The notes beneath the pieces were generated by a model. It was not told the origin of the DNA and made no database searches. It saw only the letters and a program-made list of their open reading frames with translations. Both the position numbers and the translations under genes were made by a program. A stretch of 56,495 nt of DNA from a virus (taxonomy: Duplodnaviria > Caudoviricetes), in the IMG/VR virus record IMGVR_UViG_3300025010_000071, positions 1 to 56,495 of that record. One strand, 5' to 3'. Every line of letters begins with the position of its first letter. Position 1 is the stretch's first letter. Below are positions 18,546 to 27,997 of this stretch, piece by piece.

Positions 18546-19148
18546 ATGGATACAGTACATGCTGATGGTAAATGTCCTCTTAAATTAAACTTTGGTTGTG
18601 GTTCTGATATAAAGGAAGGGTGGTGTAATGTTGATGCACACATAGACCAGGATTTCGACTATTCTCATTTAAAAGATACCTGGATACTGGAAGGGAAAAT
18701 TGTTTCACCACATGCTCTGCCCAGTAATCACTTTGAGAGTATAGATGCGATTATGGTTATGGAACATTTACACTATGATCTTATTCCAAATACATTATTT
18801 TGCCTGTATCGCTTTCTTAAAGATAATGGCACCCTGAAGATTATTGTTCCAAACTTTTTGAAATTAGCGAAAGATTTAATACAGAATGAAGCAGTACCCA
18901 AAGGTAGTTTAGAATATGTGGATAATATCCGTAATATAAATAATGAGTTTCTTGATCCTACATTTGAGGATATGGGATTCATTCGTGGGCACCAGTCAAT
19001 ATGGACACCGAGACTTGCTGAAAGGTGGTTACGAAATGAGGGATATAGGGTTCATTCGTGGGCACCATTTGGCGTGGAAGATTATCATTTGAAAATAATT
19101 GCAATTAAACCTGAAGGGAATCCTTATGGTAGCCCAAATAAAGACTAA
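18546..19148 (+). CDS. class I SAM-dependent methyltransferase
   Basis: LNFGCG, NVD, VMEH, LKDNGTLKIIVP motifs. Confidence 0.85.
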   Translation: MDTVHADGKCPLKLNFGCGSDIKEGWCNVDAHIDQDFDYSHLKDTWILEGKIVSPHALPSNHFESIDAIMVMEHLHYDLIPNTLFCLYRFLKDNGTLKIIVPNFLKLAKDLIQNEAVPKGSLEYVDNIRNINNEFLDPTFEDMGFIRGHQSIWTPRLAERWLRNEGYRVHSWAPFGVEDYHLKIIAIKPEGNPYGSPNKD

Positions 19149-20004
19149 CTTCATCCTAGATTCGGGCGCATTTTCGGCCGACCAGAAAGGCACTGAAGTA
19201 GATGTTTACAAGTACATGGATTTTATCCGTGAGAACAAAGTAGAACTCTATTTCAACCTTGATGTTATCGGTAGTGCTGAAGGTTCCTGGAAGAATCAGG
19301 AGATAATGGAGAAGAGCGGGTTTAGTCCCTTGCCAGTATTTCATGTTGAAGACGAAGAAAGATACTTAGACAGGTGCATAAGCGATTACCGATACTTTGC
19401 ATTAGGCGGAATGGCAGGGGGAGTATCAGAGCAGTCAAGGGAAAGATTTCTTGACAGATGCTGGGAAAAGATTTGCCCTGCCCCAACATATATGCCTGTC
19501 AGTAAGGTTCATGGGTTAGGACTTGCAAGTCCATTATTAATTACCAAATACCCTTGGGCGAGTTGTGACACAGCCAGTGGTATACATTACGGTAGATATG
19601 GGATAATAATTATTCCTCGAATGAAACATGGTGGGAAACCAGATTACCTGTCACCACCTTATTCAATCTATATAACGGAAAGGTCTACTACTGTACAAGT
19701 TGAAGGAAAGCATATACGGAATGTGGCACCATCTGTCAGAAAATGGATATATGAATACATTGTTTCCAGAGGGTTTGCTGTAGGCAAGATTGATCTTGTT
19801 CCAGTTCTGAAAGGGTATGAGTTACAGGAAGGGGAAAAGTTTACTGGCAAGGAGAAGGTTTTGATTGAGCGGGTAATTGAACCTGGGGTTGTATCTAATG
19901 GGACTATCCGGGATTACTTTAACTTAGATTTTTACCTACAGATGGAGAAGGCTATACCTGAATGGCCTTGGTCGTATAAACCGAAAATGAAAAGGATGTT
20001 TTAA
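19126..20004 (+). CDS. dpdA: TGT-fold DNA deazaguanine transglycosylase (DpdA-like)
   Basis: LDSGAFS, NLDVIG, PVFH, ALGG, VHGLG, SCDTAS motifs; context of folE/queD/queE/queC. Confidence 0.72.
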   Translation: MVAQIKTNFILDSGAFSADQKGTEVDVYKYMDFIRENKVELYFNLDVIGSAEGSWKNQEIMEKSGFSPLPVFHVEDEERYLDRCISDYRYFALGGMAGGVSEQSRERFLDRCWEKICPAPTYMPVSKVHGLGLASPLLITKYPWASCDTASGIHYGRYGIIIIPRMKHGGKPDYLSPPYSIYITERSTTVQVEGKHIRNVAPSVRKWIYEYIVSRGFAVGKIDLVPVLKGYELQEGEKFTGKEKVLIERVIEPGVVSNGTIRDYFNLDFYLQMEKAIPEWPWSYKPKMKRMF

Positions 20005-20014
20005 AGGAGAAATT

Positions 20015-20386
20015 ATGTCAGCCGATCTTATAGAAGTGTACAAAGCCGTACAAGAGATAAATGAAAGTATGTTTGGCTGTTTTGTAGAACCTCCAGTAGA
20101 AGCAAAGGATTTTGATGATTGGTCTAATGCCATTACTTACAGTAAACTTTACCTTCTTACTGATGGGGAAACTATCTCAATAAGTTTTCTGGATATCCCT
20201 ATATGGGATACTGATATGGATGAACGGGAATATGATGATGAAAAGGATGACTGGGAACCATTAGTTCTGTTTCTCAAAAGGAAAATAACTGGAATACTTT
20301 CTAATATTGTAAGGATAAAATTCAATGACAATACTTCTGATAGTGGTAGTAGTGCTAGTGGTACAGATACTTCTGTTAAAGCTTAA
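20015..20386 (+). CDS. hypothetical acidic protein
   Basis: AAGGAG RBS. Confidence 0.6.
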   Translation: MSADLIEVYKAVQEINESMFGCFVEPPVEAKDFDDWSNAITYSKLYLLTDGETISISFLDIPIWDTDMDEREYDDEKDDWEPLVLFLKRKITGILSNIVRIKFNDNTSDSGSSASGTDTSVKA

Positions 20387-20407
20387 CGGTTACAAAGGAG
20401 GGGAGTT

Positions 20408-20650
20408 TTGATTCTTTACCTCGCGGGAGGATTCCACTTTAGCAATACTGTAGAGTCCGAGAAAAAACTAGCGGAACAGATGATTTCCTTATATAATCGA
20501 TACAATAGACTTGCAACTTTCTATTACGAGAAAGATGCACGGAACATAATAACTGTCATGGAGGAATTAAATGGAGACAAAGGAATTGGTACGGATAGTC
20601 AATCTTCTCATGGTTGCAGTAGAGAGGAAAGCAGTAGTATCCCAGTATGA
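20408..20650 (+). CDS. small protein resembling the N-terminal module of DpdA-like proteins
   Basis: GGAGGG RBS, TTG start; MILYLAGG...NRLATFYY. Confidence 0.5.
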   Translation: MILYLAGGFHFSNTVESEKKLAEQMISLYNRYNRLATFYYEKDARNIITVMEELNGDKGIGTDSQSSHGCSREESSSIPV

Positions 20651-21650
20651 TCACGTAGTGTTTTATGGTGGTGCAATCTCCACTTTCAATGGAAAGATAT
20701 TTATTTCCCACCCTGTCGATCTTGATCTGGAATGTTCTGTTCCAGCAGAAGACCTGTTGAATATTCTGAAGACAGTGGAAGATAAGGAAGTAACTTTAAC
20801 GGTTGACAAAAACATGTTAAAGATTAAATCCAGTGACGTAGAAGCAGAACTGTCTACCGATGTTTACGAAGACAATGTTGTTAAGACCATTAAGTACCTT
20901 GATATTGGTAAGTTCACCAAAGAGGATTACAAGAAGACAGCCAAAGAATTCATTCAGGCATTGAACGATTGCCGTTTCAGTGTAGGGAAAGATGTATCCT
21001 GTTCCCATAATTCCTTCTGCATTCATGTAATTGATGAAGCAGTTGAATCTACTGATGGTTACAGGTGTTCAGAATACATAATGGATTCCGTAATGGATGA
21101 GATGCTTTTACCAGTATCTTCAGTTAATTCTCTCTTATCCTTTGCCCCTGTCTATTATGTACTTGACAATGGCTGGGCTCATTTTATCGATGAGAACGAT
21201 GTTTTCTTTTCTATATCGGTTATCAAGGGAACCTTTCCAGATGTTCCTAAGATAATGGATAGGGCAAAGGCAGAAGTAGAAGTGGCATTACCGATTCAGA
21301 TAGCAAATATCCTTTCTGAATTTGGTAAGCTTTCTTCAGGGGAGACTGATATTTACAAGTTTATGGAAGTGGAAATAAAAGGTAAGGAAATTATCTGTAA
21401 AACGGATAAGCAGGGCTGTTCGGTAAAGAAGAAGATTCCTTTTCCCGAAAGCCAAACTGACCTAACATTCCTTATCAGTCCCACGTTGCTGAACAGTGTG
21501 TTATCGAAAACGAATATTATCGGTATAAACTATACCAGTAACATGGCATCCTTTTCTTCAAAGAACTTTACTCATGTAATGGTTCTGCCTGAAGGTAAGG
21601 AAGAGAAAGAGGAAGTATATACTGGAACAGGTAGCGACGTCCCGTTCTGA
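20571..21650 (+). CDS. DNA sliding clamp, DNA pol III beta-like
   Basis: 359 aa; STDGYR and GTFPD motifs of beta clamps; replisome context. Confidence 0.75.
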   Translation: METKELVRIVNLLMVAVERKAVVSQYDHVVFYGGAISTFNGKIFISHPVDLDLECSVPAEDLLNILKTVEDKEVTLTVDKNMLKIKSSDVEAELSTDVYEDNVVKTIKYLDIGKFTKEDYKKTAKEFIQALNDCRFSVGKDVSCSHNSFCIHVIDEAVESTDGYRCSEYIMDSVMDEMLLPVSSVNSLLSFAPVYYVLDNGWAHFIDENDVFFSISVIKGTFPDVPKIMDRAKAEVEVALPIQIANILSEFGKLSSGETDIYKFMEVEIKGKEIICKTDKQGCSVKKKIPFPESQTDLTFLISPTLLNSVLSKTNIIGINYTSNMASFSSKNFTHVMVLPEGKEEKEEVYTGTGSDVPF

Positions 21651-21786
21651 TATGGAAATAATATGAATTATATTGAACCTGAAGTATTCTGGTGTTCATA
21701 TTGTGGTAAAAATATCTGGGTTCAGGCTTATCCAAATATACAACCTGAACATTTAATCTGTGAAAAATGCAAACTGGAGAAACGGT

Positions 21787-22728
21787 ATGAAAACAAAAAC
21801 CATCAAGACAGTGCTGCGAAAGAAGATTGACAGTTGGCTGAAGTCCATTGCAGATGAAAGAATCCGTAAGATTGCAGAAGAGAATACAATAGTAACTGGT
21901 GGTTGCATAGCCAATATGCTGTTGGGAGAAAAGGTAAATGACTACGATGTATATTTTCGCTCACAGTTGGCGGCAAAAGAGATTGCCGAGTATTACATTG
22001 GATTGTTTTCCATTAAGAACAGGGAAGGGATTCCATGTAAAATATCTGTAGATACTAGAGAAGACAGGGTAAAGATAGTGGTTAAGTCTGCTGGTATTGC
22101 AAGTGCTGATGGTACAGAAAAACCGTATGAATATTTTGAAGGATCACCGGAACAGAATGCTTCCAATTATGTATCAGATGTAATGCAAGATCCAGGAGAG
22201 ATTGAAGATAAGTTTGAAGAGGTATCGGAGAAGATTGAGGATCAAGCGGAAGATACCGATACACAGTACAAACCTGTCTTCCTGAGTACAAATGCAATTA
22301 CCCTGAGTGGGAAGATTCAGATGGTGTTCCGTTTCTTTGGGGAACCTGAAGAGATCCACAAGTATTATGATTTCATGCACTGTACAAATTACTGGACAAG
22401 TTGGGACGATAAACTGGAACTGAAGAAAGAAGCATTAGCTTGTCTGCTTTCCAGAGAATTGATTTATGTTGGCAGCAAATATCCGATATGTTCTATCTTT
22501 CGTGTCCGTAAGTTTATTAAACGTAATTTTACCATTAATGCTGGTCAACTTCTGAAAATCTGTATGCAGATATCAGAACTGGATTTAACCAAAATAGAAG
22601 TATTGCAGGATCAGCTTACTGGTGTGGACTGTGCTTACTTTCTGGAAGTTATCGGTAAGTTGAAAGAGAAAGATCCAGAGAAGGTAAACTCGGCTTACCT
22701 GATTGAGATAATCGACCGACTTTTCTAA
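21787..22728 (+). CDS. Pol-beta-superfamily nucleotidyltransferase-like protein
   Basis: VTGGCIANML....NDYDVYF (GG..DxD), YDF.HC motif. Confidence 0.7.
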   Translation: MKTKTIKTVLRKKIDSWLKSIADERIRKIAEENTIVTGGCIANMLLGEKVNDYDVYFRSQLAAKEIAEYYIGLFSIKNREGIPCKISVDTREDRVKIVVKSAGIASADGTEKPYEYFEGSPEQNASNYVSDVMQDPGEIEDKFEEVSEKIEDQAEDTDTQYKPVFLSTNAITLSGKIQMVFRFFGEPEEIHKYYDFMHCTNYWTSWDDKLELKKEALACLLSRELIYVGSKYPICSIFRVRKFIKRNFTINAGQLLKICMQISELDLTKIEVLQDQLTGVDCAYFLEVIGKLKEKDPEKVNSAYLIEIIDRLF

Positions 22729-22735
22729 GGTAGAA

Positions 22736-23266
22736 ATGATTACCCAAGCAGAGTTAAAAGAAATACTTCACTATGATCCAGGTACTGGGATATTTACGTG
22801 GAAGACAGATGGTCGTGGCCGTGGCCATAAAATTGGCAATGTTGCGGGAACTTGTACCGAATATGGTTATATTCGTATAGGAATATATGGAAGATACTAT
22901 ATGGCTCATTGTCTTGCTATACTTTATACGGATGGTTATTTATCAGAATATACAGTGGATCATATTGATAGAGTAAGAGATAACAATAGGAGAAATAATT
23001 TACGGGAGGCCTCTCATCAATGCCAAATGAGAAATAGTGGTATAAATAAAAATAATTTTAGCGGTATAAAAGGAGTTACATGGAACAAAACATATAATAA
23101 ATGGCAAGCACAGGTAATGGTTAATGGAATGTGTAAATACCTTGGTCTATTTACAGATTTTCTGGAAGCCTGTTATCACCGATTCGCGGCTGAACAGTGT
23201 CTGGGTTTCCAGGACTGTGATATAAATTCATCTGCAAAACAGTATATTGATGGGAAGTTAGGGTAA
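22736..23266 (+). mobile_element. free-standing HNH homing endonuclease with AP2 domain
   Basis: LHYDPGTGIFTW, VDHIDRVRDNNRRNNLR, SGIKGVTW..KW.A..YLGLF; next to DNA polymerase. Confidence 0.88.
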
Positions 23267-23345
23267 TGTACTTTCTGTTCCGTTAAACGATGTGATGATG
23301 GTTTTAGATAGACAAAACTAATGTGGACTTTCCCAAGGTGAATTA

Positions 23346-25946
23346 ATGAAGATTAAAAGTTTCTGGAATGATGGGCCTGCCATCAGTGAGGATTGTGATT
23401 CCTGTGGGCTTCACACTATTTGTAAATCACCATTCTCAAAACATTACGGTAATGGTAGATTGAATGCTTTGATCATTACTGGTAAACCTTCTGCTATTGA
23501 AGACAGTAAAGGATTTGGTTTCTCAGGGGAAACAATGGATACCATGAAAGAATTCTTTTCCAGTGTAGGAGTGAACCTGGAGAACAATTTCTGGAAAACA
23601 TCTGCTGTCTCCTGCTACAGTAAAGGGGAAATAAAAGATGACCATATACTGAAATGCAAACCGAATCTGATAGACAAGATCAAGGAACTAAAACCTAAGT
23701 ATATTTTAACTGTTGGGAATGCTGCAACAAAAGCTGTTCTTGGTAAGATAGGCAGGAAAACCCCAGCACTTGAAACTCTGGTTATGAGGGCCATTCCTGT
23801 ACATGAATATGGTGCCTGGGTTTTGCCTATGCTGAACCCAGGCAAGATGAAGACAGAGAATCAGAAAGCTTATTTCGGCAGACTGGTTAAGTTTGTTATG
23901 GCTGAGATAAAACAGAAGAAAGAATTGGTAAAGGTAAATCCATTTGAGAATGTAAAAGTCCTAATAGAGTACAAGGATATTATAAATGGACTGGAAGACC
24001 TGTTATCCGATTCTGATTTCGTTTCCTCAATTGATATTGAAGGAACTGGTTTAAAACCACAGTATGAAAAACACTGCATTACTTCTGTTGGTATATCTAC
24101 CAGAAAGGGAACAATAGCTTTTCCACTTGACCATAGTGAAGTTACTTTTTCCGATCAAGCCTACAACAATATTGTTGAGTTACTTGTGGAATATCTGGAA
24201 AGAGAAGATATCAAAAAGATCGCCCACAAGTTGCAATTTGACACAATGTGGTTAGAAACTATTCTTGATTGCACTGTTAATGGATGGTTGCAATGCACCA
24301 ATATAAATCAGCATCTTCTGGATCATAGAACAGGGGCCAAAGGATTAAAGGAACTTTGTTTCCTTAAATGGGGGATCAGGGATTATGATAAAAAAGCCGA
24401 CAAGTATATTGAAGCTGACAGGCAAGGGGCAAAGGAACTCAACAGAATGCGGGAAATGCCCCTGTACGATCAATTGCTGTATGTAGGGGCTGACGCCTAT
24501 CTTACCCTTAAACTAAGCGATGACGAGGACGAAGAATATCGGCAACTTGATTCTAAGAAGAAATATTACCCTCGCATCCTGTTTACTGAAAGTGCCAGAA
24601 CTTTATGCACTATGCAAGAGAATGGTATTCCGATAAATGCAGAATATTATGTAAAGGCAGAAGAGGAAGTAACTGGTAAGATCCAGGATTTAGAAGAGAA
24701 GATAGCCAATGAACCGTATGTAAAGAAGTTTACCAATCTGTATCGAAAGAAATTTGAGCATTCAAAGCCAGCCGATCTGAAGAGACTGTTCTTTGAAGTG
24801 ATGAAACTGGATGCTAAGAAACTGGGAACTACTGATGGTGGTAATATCTCTTTAGATGAAAAGGCACTGAAGGATATTGGTTTACCCATATGTGAAGATA
24901 TTTTATCTTTAAGGAAATTGCTGAAAGTACGGGATACATACCTGTCCCAGTTTGCAAGAGAAGAGGTTAATGGAAAGATTCATCCGTTTTTTAACTTAAC
25001 AATTGCAAGGAGTTACCGCTCAAGTAGCACCCAACCGAATTTCCAAAATATTCCCAAGAGGGATGACTACGCTAAGAAGATAACAAGAACTGGGATTGTA
25101 ACCGAACCTGACTGTGGTATTGGTGAGATTGACTTTTCCGGAGTTGAGGTTTGTACATCGGCAGCGTATCATAAAGATCCAAACTTTATTGCATACCTGA
25201 CTGTTGATGGGTCTGATATGCATAGGGACAATGCTTGTGATATTTGGCAGGTTCGTAAAGAGAATCTGGATGAAGATGGAAAGATCAGATTCTATATAAA
25301 GAATCAATGGACATTCCCTCAGTTCTACGGTGATTACTGGGGAAGTTGTGGTCCACAGTTATGGGAAACTGCTATCGAGAAAGAGAAATTTGTTCTACGA
25401 AATGGTACCCCATTAGTGGAACACATGCACGATAAAGGAATCCATAATGTAGACGATTTCCTCAAGCATTGTAAGAAAGCGGAAGAGAAAATGTGGAATG
25501 AACGGTTTAAAGTTTATACTGCATGGAAGAAAGAAGTAAACGATTTCTATATTAAGTACGGTTACGTGGAAACGTATTTAGGTTTCAGATTTTATGGTCT
25601 ACTGGACAGAAAGCAGACAACCAATTACCCCATACAGGGAACAGCGTTTCATATCCTGCTGTGGTCTATCAACCGTATACAGGAGTTTATCAAGAAAGAG
25701 AAATTACGGTCATACCTTTGTGGTCAGATTCATGATTCTTTGGTGTTTCAGTGGTACCCAGAGGAACGTGATTACTTATTGACGGAGATGAATGAAGTAT
25801 GTTCTAAGAGAGTGCTAAAGGAATTTGAATGGATCAACGTCCCTTTCAAAATTGATGTGGAATTGTCAAAGGTAAATGGTAATTTTGCAGGGTTATCTAA
25901 ATATGTAAAATCGGGGGATATATGGGTACCGAAACCAAAGAAGTAA
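23346..25946 (+). CDS. polA: family A DNA polymerase with N-terminal uracil-DNA-glycosylase-like domain and 3'-5' exonuclease
   Basis: UDG-like N-terminus, DIEGTG ExoI, YVGADA ExoIII, PNFQNIP, DFSGVE motif A, K....FPQFYG motif B, QIHDS motif C. Confidence 0.95.
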   Translation: MKIKSFWNDGPAISEDCDSCGLHTICKSPFSKHYGNGRLNALIITGKPSAIEDSKGFGFSGETMDTMKEFFSSVGVNLENNFWKTSAVSCYSKGEIKDDHILKCKPNLIDKIKELKPKYILTVGNAATKAVLGKIGRKTPALETLVMRAIPVHEYGAWVLPMLNPGKMKTENQKAYFGRLVKFVMAEIKQKKELVKVNPFENVKVLIEYKDIINGLEDLLSDSDFVSSIDIEGTGLKPQYEKHCITSVGISTRKGTIAFPLDHSEVTFSDQAYNNIVELLVEYLEREDIKKIAHKLQFDTMWLETILDCTVNGWLQCTNINQHLLDHRTGAKGLKELCFLKWGIRDYDKKADKYIEADRQGAKELNRMREMPLYDQLLYVGADAYLTLKLSDDEDEEYRQLDSKKKYYPRILFTESARTLCTMQENGIPINAEYYVKAEEEVTGKIQDLEEKIANEPYVKKFTNLYRKKFEHSKPADLKRLFFEVMKLDAKKLGTTDGGNISLDEKALKDIGLPICEDILSLRKLLKVRDTYLSQFAREEVNGKIHPFFNLTIARSYRSSSTQPNFQNIPKRDDYAKKITRTGIVTEPDCGIGEIDFSGVEVCTSAAYHKDPNFIAYLTVDGSDMHRDNACDIWQVRKENLDEDGKIRFYIKNQWTFPQFYGDYWGSCGPQLWETAIEKEKFVLRNGTPLVEHMHDKGIHNVDDFLKHCKKAEEKMWNERFKVYTAWKKEVNDFYIKYGYVETYLGFRFYGLLDRKQTTNYPIQGTAFHILLWSINRIQEFIKKEKLRSYLCGQIHDSLVFQWYPEERDYLLTEMNEVCSKRVLKEFEWINVPFKIDVELSKVNGNFAGLSKYVKSGDIWVPKPKK

Positions 25947-26152
25947 TGGAAAGCCCAATTTCTTTTGCTCTTAGATGGATATTTATTTTTTATATGGTGT
26001 ATACTTGTTACCAAGAAACTGGATTGTTTACTTCCCTTTTATTTATATTTATTTTTATTCAAATGGATATACACGCCTATGCTATTCGGAAACTGCTTAA
26101 TATTCATATAAGGAGGATTAAATGGGAAGAGTGGAAAGCCGATCATTCATAA
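25946..26152 (+). CDS. small membrane protein
   Basis: TAATG overlap with polymerase; two hydrophobic stretches. Confidence 0.5.
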   Translation: MESPISFALRWIFIFYMVYTCYQETGLFTSLLFIFIFIQMDIHAYAIRKLLNIHIRRIKWEEWKADHS

Positions 26153-26325
26153 AGAAAATCTGGTTCTTTCTTTTATGTCGTATTGGTATTCATAGACGGA
26201 AGCAGCACTACGTAGAGAACATAACTACCGATAGTAATGCTATTATAACAGTAGGTTGGTGGGACTGTCACGATTGTGGTGCCAGTAAAATAAACTTCTT
26301 TTACGGTAACAAACCATGGCTATAG
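26122..26325 (+). CDS. small zinc-binding hypothetical protein
   Basis: AGGAGG RBS; C..G.H...CHDCG. Confidence 0.55.
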   Translation: MGRVESRSFIKKIWFFLLCRIGIHRRKQHYVENITTDSNAIITVGWWDCHDCGASKINFFYGNKPWL

Positions 26326-26489
26326 CAAGAAAGAAGCAAGTAACCCGTATTGAACTTGATCTTAAAGAATATGAAGCAAAATGGTTATTGAATATGTTGC
26401 AGAATTCCTTTGAAGAAAACGAATCACTGGAACATAAGGAAATAAGGGAATCTCTATTTACCGAAATAAAGGAGGCTTTGGATGAGTAA
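26316..26489 (+). CDS. small hypothetical protein (57 aa, not in ORF track)
   Basis: MAIARKKQVTRIELDL...; bridges adjacent genes. Confidence 0.5.
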   Translation: MAIARKKQVTRIELDLKEYEAKWLLNMLQNSFEENESLEHKEIRESLFTEIKEALDE

Positions 26490-27414
26490 CAGTTTACCGT
26501 TGAAGTACAGACCAGAATATTTCGATGAAGTATATGGCAATGATGCTGCCATTAAATCAGTTGAATCAATGCTAGACAGGGACTTTAAAAACGTGCCCAA
26601 AGCATGGTTATTTACAGGGGCAAGTGGTTGTGGCAAGACTACAATGGTCAGGATCATTGCTAGAATATTGGAATGTGCTGATACTGATTACCATGAATAC
26701 AATGCAGCAAATACAAATGGTATCGATACCATAAGGGAGATAAATGCTACTTCCAGATTATCCCCTATGGGGGGAAAAGTAAAGGTTATCTTACTCGACG
26801 AAAGCCATATGATATCGTCGGCAGCACAGAATGCTATGCTTAAAATGCTTGAAGATTCACCAAAGTATACATTCTTTTTTCTAGCTACAACAAATCCAGA
26901 AAAGATTATTCCAGCAATCAAAACCAGATGTGTTGCAGTAAACATGAAGTCGTTACCGTCTAACACTGCTTACTCTTTAGTTAAAGATATAGCAGAAGCG
27001 GAGAAGGTAGCCGTTCCTAATTCGGTTCTGAAAGCTATCAGTATGGCATGTGGTGGTTCTGCAAGAGAAGCAGTAAAGTTATTAGACCAGGTTATCGATA
27101 TCGAGAAAGAAGAAGATGCTCTGGATATGATAGAGAAAACCATAAGTTGTGAAACTTCGGTACGTGACTTATGTATGGCTATGATGGAAGAGAAACCGTG
27201 GAAGATTCTATCGAAGATTATAACTGATCTTGATTCAGACCCAGAAGCAGCAAGGAGAAGTATTCAGGGATGGTTTTCCAAGGTTCTATTGGATAAAGGG
27301 GATATGAAATCCGCTATGATTCTGGAAGCATTTTCTGAAAACTATTTTGATAGTGGTAAGGCGGGTCTGATCCTCTCTTGCTTTACTGTATTTACGGAAT
27401 ATAGCAGAAAATGA
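26482..27414 (+). CDS. dnaX: clamp loader ATPase, DNA pol III gamma/tau-like
   Basis: KYRP..FDEV.G, GASGCGKT, LDESH, AQNAMLK.LE, TRC, GSAR motifs. Confidence 0.92.
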   Translation: MSNSLPLKYRPEYFDEVYGNDAAIKSVESMLDRDFKNVPKAWLFTGASGCGKTTMVRIIARILECADTDYHEYNAANTNGIDTIREINATSRLSPMGGKVKVILLDESHMISSAAQNAMLKMLEDSPKYTFFFLATTNPEKIIPAIKTRCVAVNMKSLPSNTAYSLVKDIAEAEKVAVPNSVLKAISMACGGSAREAVKLLDQVIDIEKEEDALDMIEKTISCETSVRDLCMAMMEEKPWKILSKIITDLDSDPEAARRSIQGWFSKVLLDKGDMKSAMILEAFSENYFDSGKAGLILSCFTVFTEYSRK

Positions 27415-27443
27415 TTGATTCTATCAGGATAGTAAAGTAAACT
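27415..27443 (+). promoter_or_regulatory. sigma70-like promoter for the recombination operon
   Basis: TTGATT-17 nt-TAAACT; shares AGTAAACTTATA with the promoter at 12091. Confidence 0.6.
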
Positions 27444-27487
27444 TATACTTTCAGGGAGGGGTATTCTATTTAACCATAGGAGAAGTT

Positions 27488-27997
27488 ATGGCAGATCGAA
27501 TGAATGATTTTCGGATTGATAAACTCAATTTGGATATGGAATGTATTCGTCAAGCAGAACTGTATAAGGAATACAGCGACAACTTGGCTTCCGCAGTATT
27601 CAATCGGGATAAATGCAAGGAGGAATTAGCGGTACTGAAAGCGGAAGTAGATTCGGAAATAAGGGCGGATCCTTCTGAGTATGGTTTTGAATCAACAAGA
27701 CCCACTGAGACAGCAATAATCAATACAGTTATTCAGGATTCCAGAGTTGTAAAGAAAATGGAAGAATATCTGGAAACCTGTTATCAGGTAAATACCCTTG
27801 AAGGAAGTAAGTGGGCAATGGAGCAGAAGAAGACTGCTCTGGAACTTATTGTTAAGTTATATGTTTCTGGTTACTGGGCTGATCCCCATGTCAGTAAGAC
27901 TGATGGAGAACAGTTCGAGAAAAAAGTAGTGGATGCTGAAAGTGTTAAAGAATTGGAATCGAATCCAAGAATGAAAAGGAGGCAGAAGAATGGGTAA
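27488..27997 (+). CDS. helical protein, possible UvsY-like recombination mediator
   Basis: Long coiled-coil with PTETAI..V motif directly upstream of SSB and RecA. Confidence 0.45.
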   Translation: MADRMNDFRIDKLNLDMECIRQAELYKEYSDNLASAVFNRDKCKEELAVLKAEVDSEIRADPSEYGFESTRPTETAIINTVIQDSRVVKKMEEYLETCYQVNTLEGSKWAMEQKKTALELIVKLYVSGYWADPHVSKTDGEQFEKKVVDAESVKELESNPRMKRRQKNG

